A DNA stretch of 64,000 nucleotides from an uncultured Acidobacteriota bacterium (GCA_963777605.1 CAVZRV010000007.1:640001-704000); one strand, 5' to 3'; shown: positions 49,316-59,024, counted from the first letter of the stretch. The notes: a model not told the origin generated them from the letters alone. Made by a program: numbers and translations.

Positions 49316-50447
49316 GGAACCCTCCGAGGTTGATCAATCTGCTGAAAGTTCCGGGAAATCCAGGAAGAGGCGCCGCTGGCCCTGGGTCCTTGGGCTCGGC
49401 GGGTTGCTATCAGTCGCACTGGCCGCCAACGCCGGCTATTACCTCGGCTCTGCCTATTCCGGGGAAATGTGTGGGCGGTGCCATGTCATCCAGTCCGCTG
49501 TCGATCAGTGGAGAGTGTCCTCGCATCGCGAAATCAGCTGCACCCGCTGCCACGGCAGCGCCCTGACGCTCAACCCTGGTGAAATCGAAACTCACTGGAG
49601 ACGGCTCTACCTTCAGCTGAGCGGCCGGATCCCGGAAAGGGTCAGACTGAAGGACGAGCACGTCGATACTGTCGTCGAGCGCTGCGCCGGGTGCCACCAG
49701 GCCGCCTACGCGGATTGGAAGGCAGGTGGACACTCCATGGCTTATGCCGACGTGTTTCTCAACCCGAAACAGAACACGGCAACCCGGTTAAACGACGACT
49801 GCCTTCGTTGCCATGCCATGTTCTACGAGGGCGGAAGCATATCGACGATCGTCTCCCCCATTTCCAACACAGGACCCTGGTCGATGGTTCAAAGCGGGAT
49901 GGGTTCGCGCCCTGCCATACCCTGCCTCGCCTGTCATCAAATGCACCGACGCGGAGAACCCTCCCGGTCTCCGGACTACGCCCATCCTGAACTGTTCTCC
50001 CGGCAAAGCAGGAGCGAAGTCTACTCGCTGGCGTTTTTCGACAGGAGTGAGCGCATCTATCGATCAAAAACGGAACTTGCCGCCCCGGCAATGAAGGAGG
50101 GCAATCGACTCGTGAAAGTGAGTCCCGACCCCCGACAGAATCTCTGCTACCAGTGCCATGCGCCACAGGCCGACTTCCAGGTGGCATCGGGCGATGACCG
50201 CACCCCGATCGGAGTGCACGAGGGGATCAGCTGCCAGGGCTGCCACCGGCCCCACTCGCAAGACGCGCGGGCGTCGTGCAAAACCTGCCATCCCCGGCTC
50301 TCCAATTGCGGCCTGGAGGTGGAAACGATGGATACGACCTTTCGGTCCCCGACGAGCCCGCACGACATTCACTTCGTCAAGTGTTCGGACTGTCACACGA
50401 AGGAAGTCCCCGCTCGTTTGCATTCTTCCGTATCCAGCGGACCATAA
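49308..50447 (+). CDS. Membrane-anchored multiheme c-type cytochrome (9 CxxCH)
   Basis: N-terminal TM; CGRCH, CTRCH, CAGCH, CLRCH, CLACH, CYQCH, CQGCH, CKTCH, CSDCH. Confidence 0.92.
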   Translation: MPEEPSEVDQSAESSGKSRKRRRWPWVLGLGGLLSVALAANAGYYLGSAYSGEMCGRCHVIQSAVDQWRVSSHREISCTRCHGSALTLNPGEIETHWRRLYLQLSGRIPERVRLKDEHVDTVVERCAGCHQAAYADWKAGGHSMAYADVFLNPKQNTATRLNDDCLRCHAMFYEGGSISTIVSPISNTGPWSMVQSGMGSRPAIPCLACHQMHRRGEPSRSPDYAHPELFSRQSRSEVYSLAFFDRSERIYRSKTELAAPAMKEGNRLVKVSPDPRQNLCYQCHAPQADFQVASGDDRTPIGVHEGISCQGCHRPHSQDARASCKTCHPRLSNCGLEVETMDTTFRSPTSPHDIHFVKCSDCHTKEVPARLHSSVSSGP

Positions 50448-50507
50448 CCGGCCTCTTTTCAATCCAAAACGACAAATCCACAAGAAATCAGGCTATTATT
50501 GACAACC

Positions 50508-51473
50508 ATGCAAAACCTTCGCGTCGCATCCATTCAAATGGAACACAAAGCCGGGGACAAAGAATCCAACTGGAAAAAGGTGGAGGTTTTCACCTCCATG
50601 GCGGCGGGCCTCGGGGTCCGAGTCCTCACTTTCCCCGAATGTTGCCTGACGGGATACTGGTTCCTCAGAAACCTGGATCGCGAGGCAATCGCCAGCCTTG
50701 CTGAGCCGATTGAAAACGGCCCCTCCGCGGAACGACTGCTCGCACTCTCGCGGGACTGCTCGATGATGATCGGTGTCGGGCTGGTTGAACGGGCTCCAGA
50801 CGGACGCCTTTACAATACCTATCTGGTCGCCTCCCCCGACGGGTCGATCCAGGCCCACCGAAAGCTCCACGCCTTCGTCAGCCCTCATATTGATTCGGGC
50901 GACTCGTTCACCGTCTTCGACAGCCCTTGGGGATGGCGAATGGCAGTTCTGATTTGCTACGACTGCAATATCGTCGAAAACGTCCGCATCTGTGCCTTGC
51001 GCGGAGCCGATCTTCTGCTGGCTCCCCATCAGACCGGTGGTTGCCGCTCAACCAACCCGCACACGATGGGGATCATTGAGCGCAGCCTGTGGGACAGACG
51101 GGGCGCCAACTCCGAGGCAATCGAGGAAGAACTGCGTGGGCCCAAGGGGCGCGGATGGCTGATGCGCTGGCTTCCTTCGAGAGCGCACGACAACGGGATG
51201 TTCGTGATCTTCAGTAACGGAGTCGGTGTTGACGACGATGAGATCCGCACGGGAAACGCCACGATTTTCGATCCCTACGGGAGGATTCTGGCGGAAACCT
51301 GGAAGGCGGAGGATCAGATGGTGGTCGCCGACCTGGACGCATCGCTTCTCGACCACTGCACCGGCAGGCGCTGGGTGGTCACCCGCCGGCCGGAGCTCTA
51401 TGCCGAGATCGCCGCTGCAACAGGCCAGGAGAGAGACACGCGCGAGGTGCGATTCGATTCCAAGGGAATCTGA
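50508..51473 (+). CDS. Nitrilase / carbon-nitrogen hydrolase family protein
   Basis: Glu-Lys-Cys triad motifs FPEC, HRKLH, ICYD; RAHDNG, RRPELY. Confidence 0.9.
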   Translation: MQNLRVASIQMEHKAGDKESNWKKVEVFTSMAAGLGVRVLTFPECCLTGYWFLRNLDREAIASLAEPIENGPSAERLLALSRDCSMMIGVGLVERAPDGRLYNTYLVASPDGSIQAHRKLHAFVSPHIDSGDSFTVFDSPWGWRMAVLICYDCNIVENVRICALRGADLLLAPHQTGGCRSTNPHTMGIIERSLWDRRGANSEAIEEELRGPKGRGWLMRWLPSRAHDNGMFVIFSNGVGVDDDEIRTGNATIFDPYGRILAETWKAEDQMVVADLDASLLDHCTGRRWVVTRRPELYAEIAAATGQERDTREVRFDSKGI

Positions 51474-51630
51474 CACATCTACGATCTTCCGCTTTTGATT
51501 GTTGATTGCGAGTGGGGTTCCGAGGTTCCGGGATGTTCGCAGATTTTGGGGATTCGGACGTTCTTCCGACATTCAACGTCGCAGCGAGCGCATTCTGAGC
51601 TTGGAGCGCCCCGAATTCAGCCCGCCGGAC

Positions 51631-52920
51631 TCACTCTTCCCCCGGGGTGGACAACAACCGGAGGCACTCGAGCACGGCACGGCCGTTGTGGTAGGGGCTT
51701 TTCCAGGGTCCCGCTTTGAGGCCGCTGGTTGAGCCGTCCGGTTCCACAGTGGCGAACCAATCCCCGTTCTCCCAGTCAACCTGGCGACTGACAATCCAGT
51801 TCAACATGGCGGCAAACAGGTTCCTGTATTTCTCGTCGCCGGTTCTGAGGAACATGCGCAGCGATCCGACCATGACTTCTGCCTGGACCCACCATGACTT
51901 CTCCCGGTTCTCGGCCGGCTGGTTGAACGGACCCACATAGAAAAACCCGCCCTGTTCCGGGTCGAGGCCGTATTCGGTCGAGTAGTCGAACAACGTTCTG
52001 TACAGGTCGAGGAACGGGCCGTCCGGAAGAGCCACGCTGTCACAAGCATCCATCAGGAGCCAGACATTCTCCAGGTCGTGCCCGTACGACGCAACCTCCC
52101 GGGCGGGTCCGGTCAACGGTCTCCAGTCTCGCTCGTGTTGGTCAGAACAGGCTCCCACCCGCTTGCGCACCACGGCGCTGGTCTCGATCGTGATCAACTC
52201 GAGCAGTCGCTCCCGCACCAGCACGTCGCGGGTGACCCGGTAGTACGAGGCCAATGCCTCCATCAGGTGAAGGTGCGAATTCATCGACTTGACGCGATTC
52301 GGCGTTCCCAGGTAGCTCCTCTCCGAATCGTCGATCGGTGTCCAGTCCCGTTCGAATGACTCCCTGTAGCCACCAAATGCAGGATCATAGGCATGAGTCT
52401 CGAGCACCTGAAACGTCTTGCGGGCGAGGTCGAGAACATCCGCTCGGGGCGCGGCCCGGTACAGTTCGGAGAGAGCATAAAGTGCGAACGACTGGCCGTA
52501 GATATGCTTCTTCTCCATAACGGGCTTCTCTCCTCTCTCGTCCACCATCCAGAAGAAGCCCCCGTACTCGGGGTCCCACATCTTGTCGGCCAGAAATCGA
52601 AAGCCGTGCAAGGCCGCTTCGACATGTTCCGGCCTGCCGTAAGGCGAGTTCGCCAGGCGGGCGAAGAACCAGACCGTCCGGCTCTGGGTCACGAGGGCCT
52701 TTGGACCGGGCCCCAGCCATTGCCCATTCTTGTCGTGGTTGAGACGAAAACCTCCCGTCTCCCGATCGATACATCCCGGGAACCAAAACGGTATGATGTT
52801 TTGCGTGAGGATTCGTTCCAGTTCGGCTTTTGCCTGCGAGTCAGCGAGCGGTGCTGCTCCCGGAATGCTCGACATCAGGCAGGTCACCAGTGTGAAGATA
52901 AAAATGGAGGTTCTGGTCAC
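51631..52920 (-). CDS. AGE family epimerase (cellobiose 2-epimerase-like) with signal-like N-terminus
   Basis: KHIYGQSFALY, KSMNSHLHLMEA, SYGHDLE, WWVQAE, WKSPYHNGR. Confidence 0.88.
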   Translation of the reverse strand: MTRTSIFIFTLVTCLMSSIPGAAPLADSQAKAELERILTQNIIPFWFPGCIDRETGGFRLNHDKNGQWLGPGPKALVTQSRTVWFFARLANSPYGRPEHVEAALHGFRFLADKMWDPEYGGFFWMVDERGEKPVMEKKHIYGQSFALYALSELYRAAPRADVLDLARKTFQVLETHAYDPAFGGYRESFERDWTPIDDSERSYLGTPNRVKSMNSHLHLMEALASYYRVTRDVLVRERLLELITIETSAVVRKRVGACSDQHERDWRPLTGPAREVASYGHDLENVWLLMDACDSVALPDGPFLDLYRTLFDYSTEYGLDPEQGGFFYVGPFNQPAENREKSWWVQAEVMVGSLRMFLRTGDEKYRNLFAAMLNWIVSRQVDWENGDWFATVEPDGSTSGLKAGPWKSPYHNGRAVLECLRLLSTPGEE

Positions 52921-53028
52921 CCGCGAATCTTAGCACTGTGGCAATCAAATCGGGTCGGCCAATTTTCGAAGACTTCCCGCTAGACGGCCGCGCCGTCCCC
53001 GGTTGCCGAAACCAGTGAATTGGAGACC

Positions 53029-53217
53029 ATGCGATACATCATTCTCTTCCTGGTCGTGATTTGCATCGTTCTATGGCTGGAACGGTATTACTGGAGAAGA
53101 GTGGCGCAACTGATGGAAGCCCGCCTGCTCGGCACCCACCGTTCCGAGCTCGTGAAGAGCCTCCTCGATGCCTGGATTGACGGCCGCATCGAAGCCCGCC
53201 TGCGTAAGCGCCAGTAA
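53029..53217 (+). CDS. Small single-TM hypothetical protein (62 aa)
   Basis: GGAG RBS + ATG; MRYIILFLVVICIVLWL hydrophobic helix; fills an otherwise empty gap. Confidence 0.55.
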   Translation: MRYIILFLVVICIVLWLERYYWRRVAQLMEARLLGTHRSELVKSLLDAWIDGRIEARLRKRQ

Positions 53218-53236
53218 GCGCGCGATTCTTCCGAAT

Positions 53237-53254
53237 TGTCACATTTCTGTAACA
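53237..53254 (+). promoter_or_regulatory. Pho-box-like direct repeat upstream of pstS
   Basis: TGTCACA-TTTC-TGTAACA with 11-bp periodicity typical of PhoB/PhoP sites, about 205 nt before pstS. Confidence 0.7.
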
Positions 53255-53458
53255 TTTTCTGCCTGCACCGTTGGGCCGGCAATGAAACTCCGGTCCGAGG
53301 AAGGCCGTTCCACCAAGGTTTCCGCTGATTTCTAATGAAAATCGGCATTTCCGGGCCCCTTCCGGAGACCCGCGAGCCGGCTGATCATTAGGGTATGCTG
53401 CTGTCGCCTTCGGCAATCGAAGGTCGGGTTGTGTCCTTTGTATGCAGGGGTAATTTAT

Positions 53459-54335
53459 ATGAAAAGAAAACTGATCTTGCTTGCTCTAGCTCTGATTGTC
53501 TCCGCCTGTTCCCGTTCCGAACACGCGAATCGGGTGGTGATTCAAAACAAGGGGTCCGACACTCTGGTGAACGTCGCTCAGGCTTGGGCCGAAGCATACC
53601 GCGGAGTTAATCCGAACGTGGCGGTCGCGGTAACCGGAGGTGGTTCGGGGACCGGCATTTCGGCGATGATCAACGGAACGGTCGATATTGCCAACGCCAG
53701 CCGCGAAATGAGCGAGAGCGAAATCGAGATGGCGCGCAAGAATGGTCACGACCCCAAGAAATTCATTGTCGGCTACGACGCGCTGGCCGTCTATCTCAAC
53801 CCCAACAACCCGATCTCGTCCTTCACTTTTCAGCAACTGGCCGACATCTACGGAGAGGGGGGGGGCGCCGACAACTGGAGCGATCTCGGGGTGGAGGTTC
53901 CCGGTTGCAGCAGTAGTGAAATCGTCCGGGTGAGCCGGCAGAACAATTCCGGGACCTACGTCTACTTCAAGGAATCGATCCTGGGCGATTCCCGGGATTA
54001 CAAACTGGGTTCGCGGGACATGCACGGGTCCAAGGATGTTGTCGATCTGGTCGCCAAGACACCTTGTGCCATCGGCTACAGTGGACTGGCCTACTCGACT
54101 CCGGAAGTGAAAATGCCCTGCGTTTCAAAAGAAGCAGGGCAGCCCCTGTGTCGAGCCGTCAGAGCAGACCGCGAGCGATGGAACCTACCCCATCGCTCGT
54201 CCTTTGATGATGTACACGAGCGGCGAACCCCAGGGAGCGGTCAAGGAGTACATGGACTGGATCCTCAGTGATGCAGGCCAGTGCATCATCATGGAAAAGG
54301 GATACGCTCCGATCCGCCAGGTTAATTGCAACTAA
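53459..54335 (+). CDS. pstS: Phosphate ABC transporter substrate-binding lipoprotein, +1 frameshift at 54143-54146
   Basis: Lipobox-like LIVSAC; KGSDT, GGGSGTGI, DIANASR, RQNNSGTY, AIGY. Removing one C from CCCC restores ...GTYPIARPLMMY...VKEYMDWILSDAGQ...GYAP to TAA at 54333-54335. Confidence 0.88.
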
Positions 54336-54406
54336 ATCGTGTCCTGGTGACGGGTTAAAAGGTCGTCCGAGCACCGTCGGCTCGTTGTAGAAACGGCTTT
54401 CCGTTT

Positions 54407-55342
54407 ATGGCAGTCAACACAGCATCCAGCGCACGACAAACAAGACAAATTGGAGACGGAAGAAACCTTGCCTGGTACGTGGACAAACTCGTCCAGGTGC
54501 TGGTGTTCCTCGGCGGCATCTCGGGAATCGTTTTCGTCATCGGTATCTTTGTCTTCATCACCATGGAGGGTATCGGGTTCATCCTGCACCGGATGGACTT
54601 TTTGGAATTCTTCACTTCGCCGCGGTGGCGCCCGACCTCTCAGCACAACCCTACCTACGGTGCGCTGGCACTGATCCTCGGAACCGCCAGTGTGACCGGC
54701 CTGGCAATGGTGATTTCGGTTCCCTTTTCGCTGGGAGCTGCCATCTTCATAGCAGAATTCGCCAGGGGCCGACTCAGGGAAGCGTTAAAGATCCTGGTCG
54801 AACTGCTGGCCGCAATCCCTTCCGTGGTCTGGGGATTCATCGGCCTGAGCATCATGAACCCACTCATAATCGAGCTGTTCAACGTGCCGGTCGGGCTCAA
54901 CATTCTCAACGCGGGGCTGATCCTCGGGCTGATGGCCGCCCCGATCATGACCACAATCGCGGAAGATGCCCTCAAGGCGGTCCCTGACACCTACCGGGAG
55001 GCGGCGGAAGCACTCGGGGCAACGCGTTGGCAGATCATTTACAAAGTGATCCTGCCGGCGGCAAAGAACGGACTGGTTGCCGCGGTGCTCCTTGGCGTCG
55101 GCCGAGGTTTTGGGGAGACCATGGCCGTTCTCATGGCCAGCGGGCACTCGATTCATATACCGACCAGCATCTTCGATTCAGTCCGAGCGCTGACCGCCAC
55201 AATCGCGGCGGAACTGGGTGAAGCGCCGGTCGGATCCGATCACTATCGCGCCCTGTTCACACTCGGAATCCTTTTGTTCATCGTGACTTTCGCGATTAAC
55301 CTGACGGCGGATCTCGTCCTCCGCGGGATCCGCAAGAGGTAA
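54407..55342 (+). CDS. pstC: Phosphate ABC transporter permease PstC
   Basis: ELLAAIPSVVWG, EDALKAVP...EAAEALGATRWQ, GRGFGETMAVLMASG. Confidence 0.93.
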   Translation: MAVNTASSARQTRQIGDGRNLAWYVDKLVQVLVFLGGISGIVFVIGIFVFITMEGIGFILHRMDFLEFFTSPRWRPTSQHNPTYGALALILGTASVTGLAMVISVPFSLGAAIFIAEFARGRLREALKILVELLAAIPSVVWGFIGLSIMNPLIIELFNVPVGLNILNAGLILGLMAAPIMTTIAEDALKAVPDTYREAAEALGATRWQIIYKVILPAAKNGLVAAVLLGVGRGFGETMAVLMASGHSIHIPTSIFDSVRALTATIAAELGEAPVGSDHYRALFTLGILLFIVTFAINLTADLVLRGIRKR

Positions 55343-55345
55343 CCG

Positions 55346-56215
55346 ATGTTCCAGGCAAGCAGTCTCAACGAGCGCAACCGGAAGAATGAGCGTCTGTTCC
55401 GAATGCTCTTTCTGATCATGACGCTCCTCCTGATCTTGCCCGTTCTGATCATCCTCGGTGTGCTGGTCTACAAGGGAGGGCCAAGGATTTCCCTTGAGTT
55501 CCTGTTCACCGAACCCACCCAGGGCATGACTGCCGGAGGAATCTTCCCGGCCCTGATTGGAACGGTCTGGCTGGTCAGCGTTGCCCTGCTCGTCTCGGTA
55601 CCAATCGGAGTGGCCGCAGCCCTCTACCTGAGCGAGTACGCGCCCGATAACTGGTTGACCCGGATCATCAACCTGGCCGTCATCAACCTGGCCGGCGTTC
55701 CGTCGATCGTTCATGCCCTCTTCGGTTTTGGGGCTTTCGTGATCTTCTTCGGGTTCGGAACCAGCATTATCGCCGCGAGCCTCACGCTTGCGGTGATGAC
55801 ACTCCCCGTCGTGATCGTCTCTACCCGGGAGGCGCTGCAATCGGTACCGAGGGCCTTTAGGGAGGCCTGCTGGAACATGGGTGCGACACGGTGGCAGACG
55901 ATCCGGACGGTGGTGCTGCCCAACTCGGTCAGCGGCATCCTGACCGGTATCATCCTGGAAGTCTCGCGGACGGCGGGAGAAACCGCTCCCATCATGTTCA
56001 CCGGCGCAGCCTTCTTTCTTCCTTTCCTGCCCCAGAGCATCTTTGACGAGACGATGGCACTCTCACTCCACCTCTTTGTCATCTCGACCCAGGTTCCCGG
56101 AGTACCGGAAGAAACTTCCTACGGAGTGGCACTGGTTCTGATCGGAATCGTGCTGGCCATGAATGCCCTCTCCATCGCGTTTCGCGTTTACCTGCGGGGG
56201 AAGAAGAAGTGGTAG
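55346..56215 (+). CDS. pstA: Phosphate ABC transporter permease PstA
   Basis: GGIFPALIGT, YLSEYA, NLAGVPSIV, GATRWQTI, RTAGETAPI. Confidence 0.93.
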   Translation: MFQASSLNERNRKNERLFRMLFLIMTLLLILPVLIILGVLVYKGGPRISLEFLFTEPTQGMTAGGIFPALIGTVWLVSVALLVSVPIGVAAALYLSEYAPDNWLTRIINLAVINLAGVPSIVHALFGFGAFVIFFGFGTSIIAASLTLAVMTLPVVIVSTREALQSVPRAFREACWNMGATRWQTIRTVVLPNSVSGILTGIILEVSRTAGETAPIMFTGAAFFLPFLPQSIFDETMALSLHLFVISTQVPGVPEETSYGVALVLIGIVLAMNALSIAFRVYLRGKKKW

Positions 56216-56985
56216 ATTCCTCCAGTTCCTCGCCGGCAAAACTCCAGGTCCGGGACCTCTCCGTCTCCTACGGAGACAAACCCGCCCTTCGCAACGTCAC
56301 CCTGGATGTATACGACCAGGAGATCTTCGGGATCATCGGACCGGCCAACGCAGGGAAGACCTCCTTCCTGCGGACGCTCAATCGCATGGACGAGTTCGAA
56401 CCCCACATGAAGGTCACCGGTTCGGTCGTGTTCGACGGAACCGACGTTCGAAAGTGGAAGAATGTCTACAGCCTCCGGCGTCGAATTGGCGTGGTGTTCC
56501 CACTCCCGGTAGGTCTTCCCCTCAGCGTCTACAACAATGTTGCTCTGGCTCCTCGCCTTTCCGGCGTCCGCGACAGGCGGGTTCTGGACGAACTGGTCGA
56601 ACGCTGCCTGAAACGGGCGGCTCTCTGGGACGAAGTCAAGGACCGCCTGAACTCTCTGGGAAGCCTTCTTTCGGGTGGCCAGCAACAACGACTCACCATC
56701 GCCCGGGCACTGTCGCAGGATCCCGATCTCCTCCTGCTGGACGAATTCTCCATCGCAGTCGACCCGGTGACAACGATGCGAATTGAAGACGTTCTGAAGG
56801 AACTGCGGGAAGAGATCACGGTAATCCTGGTGACCAACCTGGTTCAGCAGGCCCGCCGCCTCGCCGACCGGACCGCCTTCTTTCTCGACGGTGAGTGCGT
56901 CGAGATCGGCAGCACCGCGGACCTGTTCGAAGGAGTGGTCCAGGACCAACGCACCAAAGACTACCTGGAGGGCCGCTTTGGATAG
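56209..56985 (+). CDS. pstB: Phosphate ABC transporter ATP-binding subunit 1 (degenerate Q-loop and H-loop)
   Basis: GPANAGKT, LRTLNRM, LWDEVKDRL, LSGGQQQRL, LLLDE; Q-loop VFPLP; H-loop VTNL. Confidence 0.88.
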   Translation: MVDSSSSSPAKLQVRDLSVSYGDKPALRNVTLDVYDQEIFGIIGPANAGKTSFLRTLNRMDEFEPHMKVTGSVVFDGTDVRKWKNVYSLRRRIGVVFPLPVGLPLSVYNNVALAPRLSGVRDRRVLDELVERCLKRAALWDEVKDRLNSLGSLLSGGQQQRLTIARALSQDPDLLLLDEFSIAVDPVTTMRIEDVLKELREEITVILVTNLVQQARRLADRTAFFLDGECVEIGSTADLFEGVVQDQRTKDYLEGRFG

Positions 56986-57745
56986 TCAGGCAGCAATCCA
57001 GACCGAGAAGCTGAATCTCTGGTACGGAACGTTTCAGGCCCTGATCGACATCGATCTGACTGTGAAACAGGGCCTGATCACCGCCCTCATCGGGCCTTCG
57101 GGGTGCGGGAAGACTACGCTTCTGCGAAGTATCAACAGGATCAACGAGCGACTGGGCTACGTTCGGACGACCGGCAAGATCGAGGTCATGGGCCATGACA
57201 TCTACCAGCCCTCGGTTGAACTGGTCCAGGTCCGAAAGCTGGTCGGGATGGTCTTCCAGCGGCCCAATCCGTTGCCGCTGTCGATTCGCGACAACGTCCT
57301 GTTTGGATACCGAGTGCACTCGGAGAAACGCTCCAACCGGGTTCTGGAAGAGGAACTGTTGGAGAAATCATTGCGGGAAGTGGTCCTTTGGGATGCCGTG
57401 AAGGACAGGCTCGACAGCAAGGCGACCGAACTTTCGCTGGAGCAACAGCAGAAGCTCTGCATCGCTCGACTGCTTCCGGTTAAACCTTCAATTGTCCTCA
57501 TGGACGAACCCTGTTCGGCGTTGGATCCGCGGGCAACCGAGGCGGTGGAGGAACTGCTCTGGTCACTCCGCGGCGAATACACCATCGTCATCGTGACCCA
57601 CAACATGGCCCAGGCCCGGCGCGCCAGTGACGAGTGCATCTTCATGCTCATGGGGAAGATGATCGAGCACGCGCCGACCGAACAGATGTTCGTCGTTCCG
57701 GCCCAGCGTCAGACGGCGGACTACATCGAGGGCCGTTACGGATAG
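56978..57745 (+). CDS. pstB: Phosphate ABC transporter ATP-binding subunit 2 (degenerate signature motif)
   Basis: TTG start after GGAGG; GPSGCGKT, VFQRPNP, MDEPCSALDP, VTHNMAQA, DYIEGRYG; signature reads LSLEQQQ. Confidence 0.9.
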   Translation: MDSQAAIQTEKLNLWYGTFQALIDIDLTVKQGLITALIGPSGCGKTTLLRSINRINERLGYVRTTGKIEVMGHDIYQPSVELVQVRKLVGMVFQRPNPLPLSIRDNVLFGYRVHSEKRSNRVLEEELLEKSLREVVLWDAVKDRLDSKATELSLEQQQKLCIARLLPVKPSIVLMDEPCSALDPRATEAVEELLWSLRGEYTIVIVTHNMAQARRASDECIFMLMGKMIEHAPTEQMFVVPAQRQTADYIEGRYG

Positions 57746-57748
57746 CCC

Positions 57749-59023
57749 TCAAGCCATCGGGTAGGCGGCCATCTCGGCAAAGGTCTCGTAAAGCGCAAGA
57801 ACGTTTTCGGGAGGGACCCGGGGTTGCACGTTGTGGATCGTGTTGAATACGAATCCGCCACCAGGCCCGAAGATCCTCATCCGGCTGCCGACTTCGTCGC
57901 GCACCTCTTCCGGAGTCCCAAACGGCAGCGTCTTCTGGGTATCCACAGCACCGCCCCAGAAGGTAACCTGGTCCCCGAAGTCCCGCTTCAGTTCTCCGGC
58001 ATCCATGTTGGCGGCACTGCATTGAACCGGGTTCAGAATGTCGAATCCGGCCTCGATAAAGTGAGGGATCAGTTGTCTCACCGACCCGCACGAATGGATG
58101 AACGTCTTCCAGGTCGTGTGCTCGTGAACCCAGTCATTCAACTTCCGCTGAAAGGGCAGATAGAGATCGCAGTAGTCCCGAGGCGACAGGAACGGGCCCA
58201 ACTGAGTCCCAAAATCGGTTCCCGACATGAAGATCACCGCCGGACGGTTGCCTACCGCTTCGTGGGCGCGTCTGAGATTTTCCAATGCGATTTCAGCCTG
58301 GCGCCGAAAGACCTCCCGGACGTAATCCCGGCGAATCGCCAGGCTCATGTACCACTCAGTCATGTCTCGAATACCCCTCGGGTTCTTCATCCAGGGCCCG
58401 GGCACGAGAGCGATGTCCCCAAAAGCAGTTCCCCCGAAGTTGACCAGGATCCCCTTGTCGCTTTCGGTCCAGATACGATCGACTTCGCGCGAGAAATGTT
58501 CCAGTTCCTGGTCGGAGATTGGCCCGAATTCCTCCAGGTTCTCTTCGATATCGAGGGCCTCTTCATCGATCGGCGGTTGCCGGACGATAGTATCGAAGTA
58601 GTACCCGCCCTCCGGCATGCGCCCGCTGGGCGGAGCAGTCAAGTCTCCCTCTGGATAGGCCAGCAGATCACCATTTTCCTCGACGGACGTATTGAACCCC
58701 TCCGGAACCAGTACCGGAGTTCCGTCAAAGGTCGTCCACGGCTTCCAGTTCTCGTTTCGATAGCCGAACATGTTCGCGGTCGGCCAGACTCCCACCACAT
58801 CCACGCCTAGCCGGTCGGCCAAATCAGGAGCTATCTCCCCAAGCATCTGGTACGGTTCAACGACCTTGACCGGAATCCCGGGTTGATCGAGCCCAAGGCT
58901 CTGTCTCAGGTGATACACCGTGCTCACGTGCATCCCGGTAACAGCGGAACTCCCCAGGTCCAGAGGAACCCGGTCCGACTCGCGATGTGTCAGGGCCGCC
59001 TCAAGTCGTTCTCTAGACGTCAT
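57749..59023 (-). CDS. Uroporphyrinogen decarboxylase / MtaA-CmuA methyltransferase-like protein
   Basis: MTSRER...DRVPLDLG, DFGTQ, HSCG, ILNPVQ, FWGGAVDTQ.TLPFGT, HNVQ..VPPEN. Confidence 0.85.
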   Translation of the reverse strand: MTSRERLEAALTHRESDRVPLDLGSSAVTGMHVSTVYHLRQSLGLDQPGIPVKVVEPYQMLGEIAPDLADRLGVDVVGVWPTANMFGYRNENWKPWTTFDGTPVLVPEGFNTSVEENGDLLAYPEGDLTAPPSGRMPEGGYYFDTIVRQPPIDEEALDIEENLEEFGPISDQELEHFSREVDRIWTESDKGILVNFGGTAFGDIALVPGPWMKNPRGIRDMTEWYMSLAIRRDYVREVFRRQAEIALENLRRAHEAVGNRPAVIFMSGTDFGTQLGPFLSPRDYCDLYLPFQRKLNDWVHEHTTWKTFIHSCGSVRQLIPHFIEAGFDILNPVQCSAANMDAGELKRDFGDQVTFWGGAVDTQKTLPFGTPEEVRDEVGSRMRIFGPGGGFVFNTIHNVQPRVPPENVLALYETFAEMAAYPMA

Positions 59024-59024
59024 C

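Noticed and set aside
53857-53865. G9 tract in pstS as a phase-variation switch
   Set aside because: Currently in frame (encodes EGGG) and not the site of the frameshift; no evidence of variation without reads.
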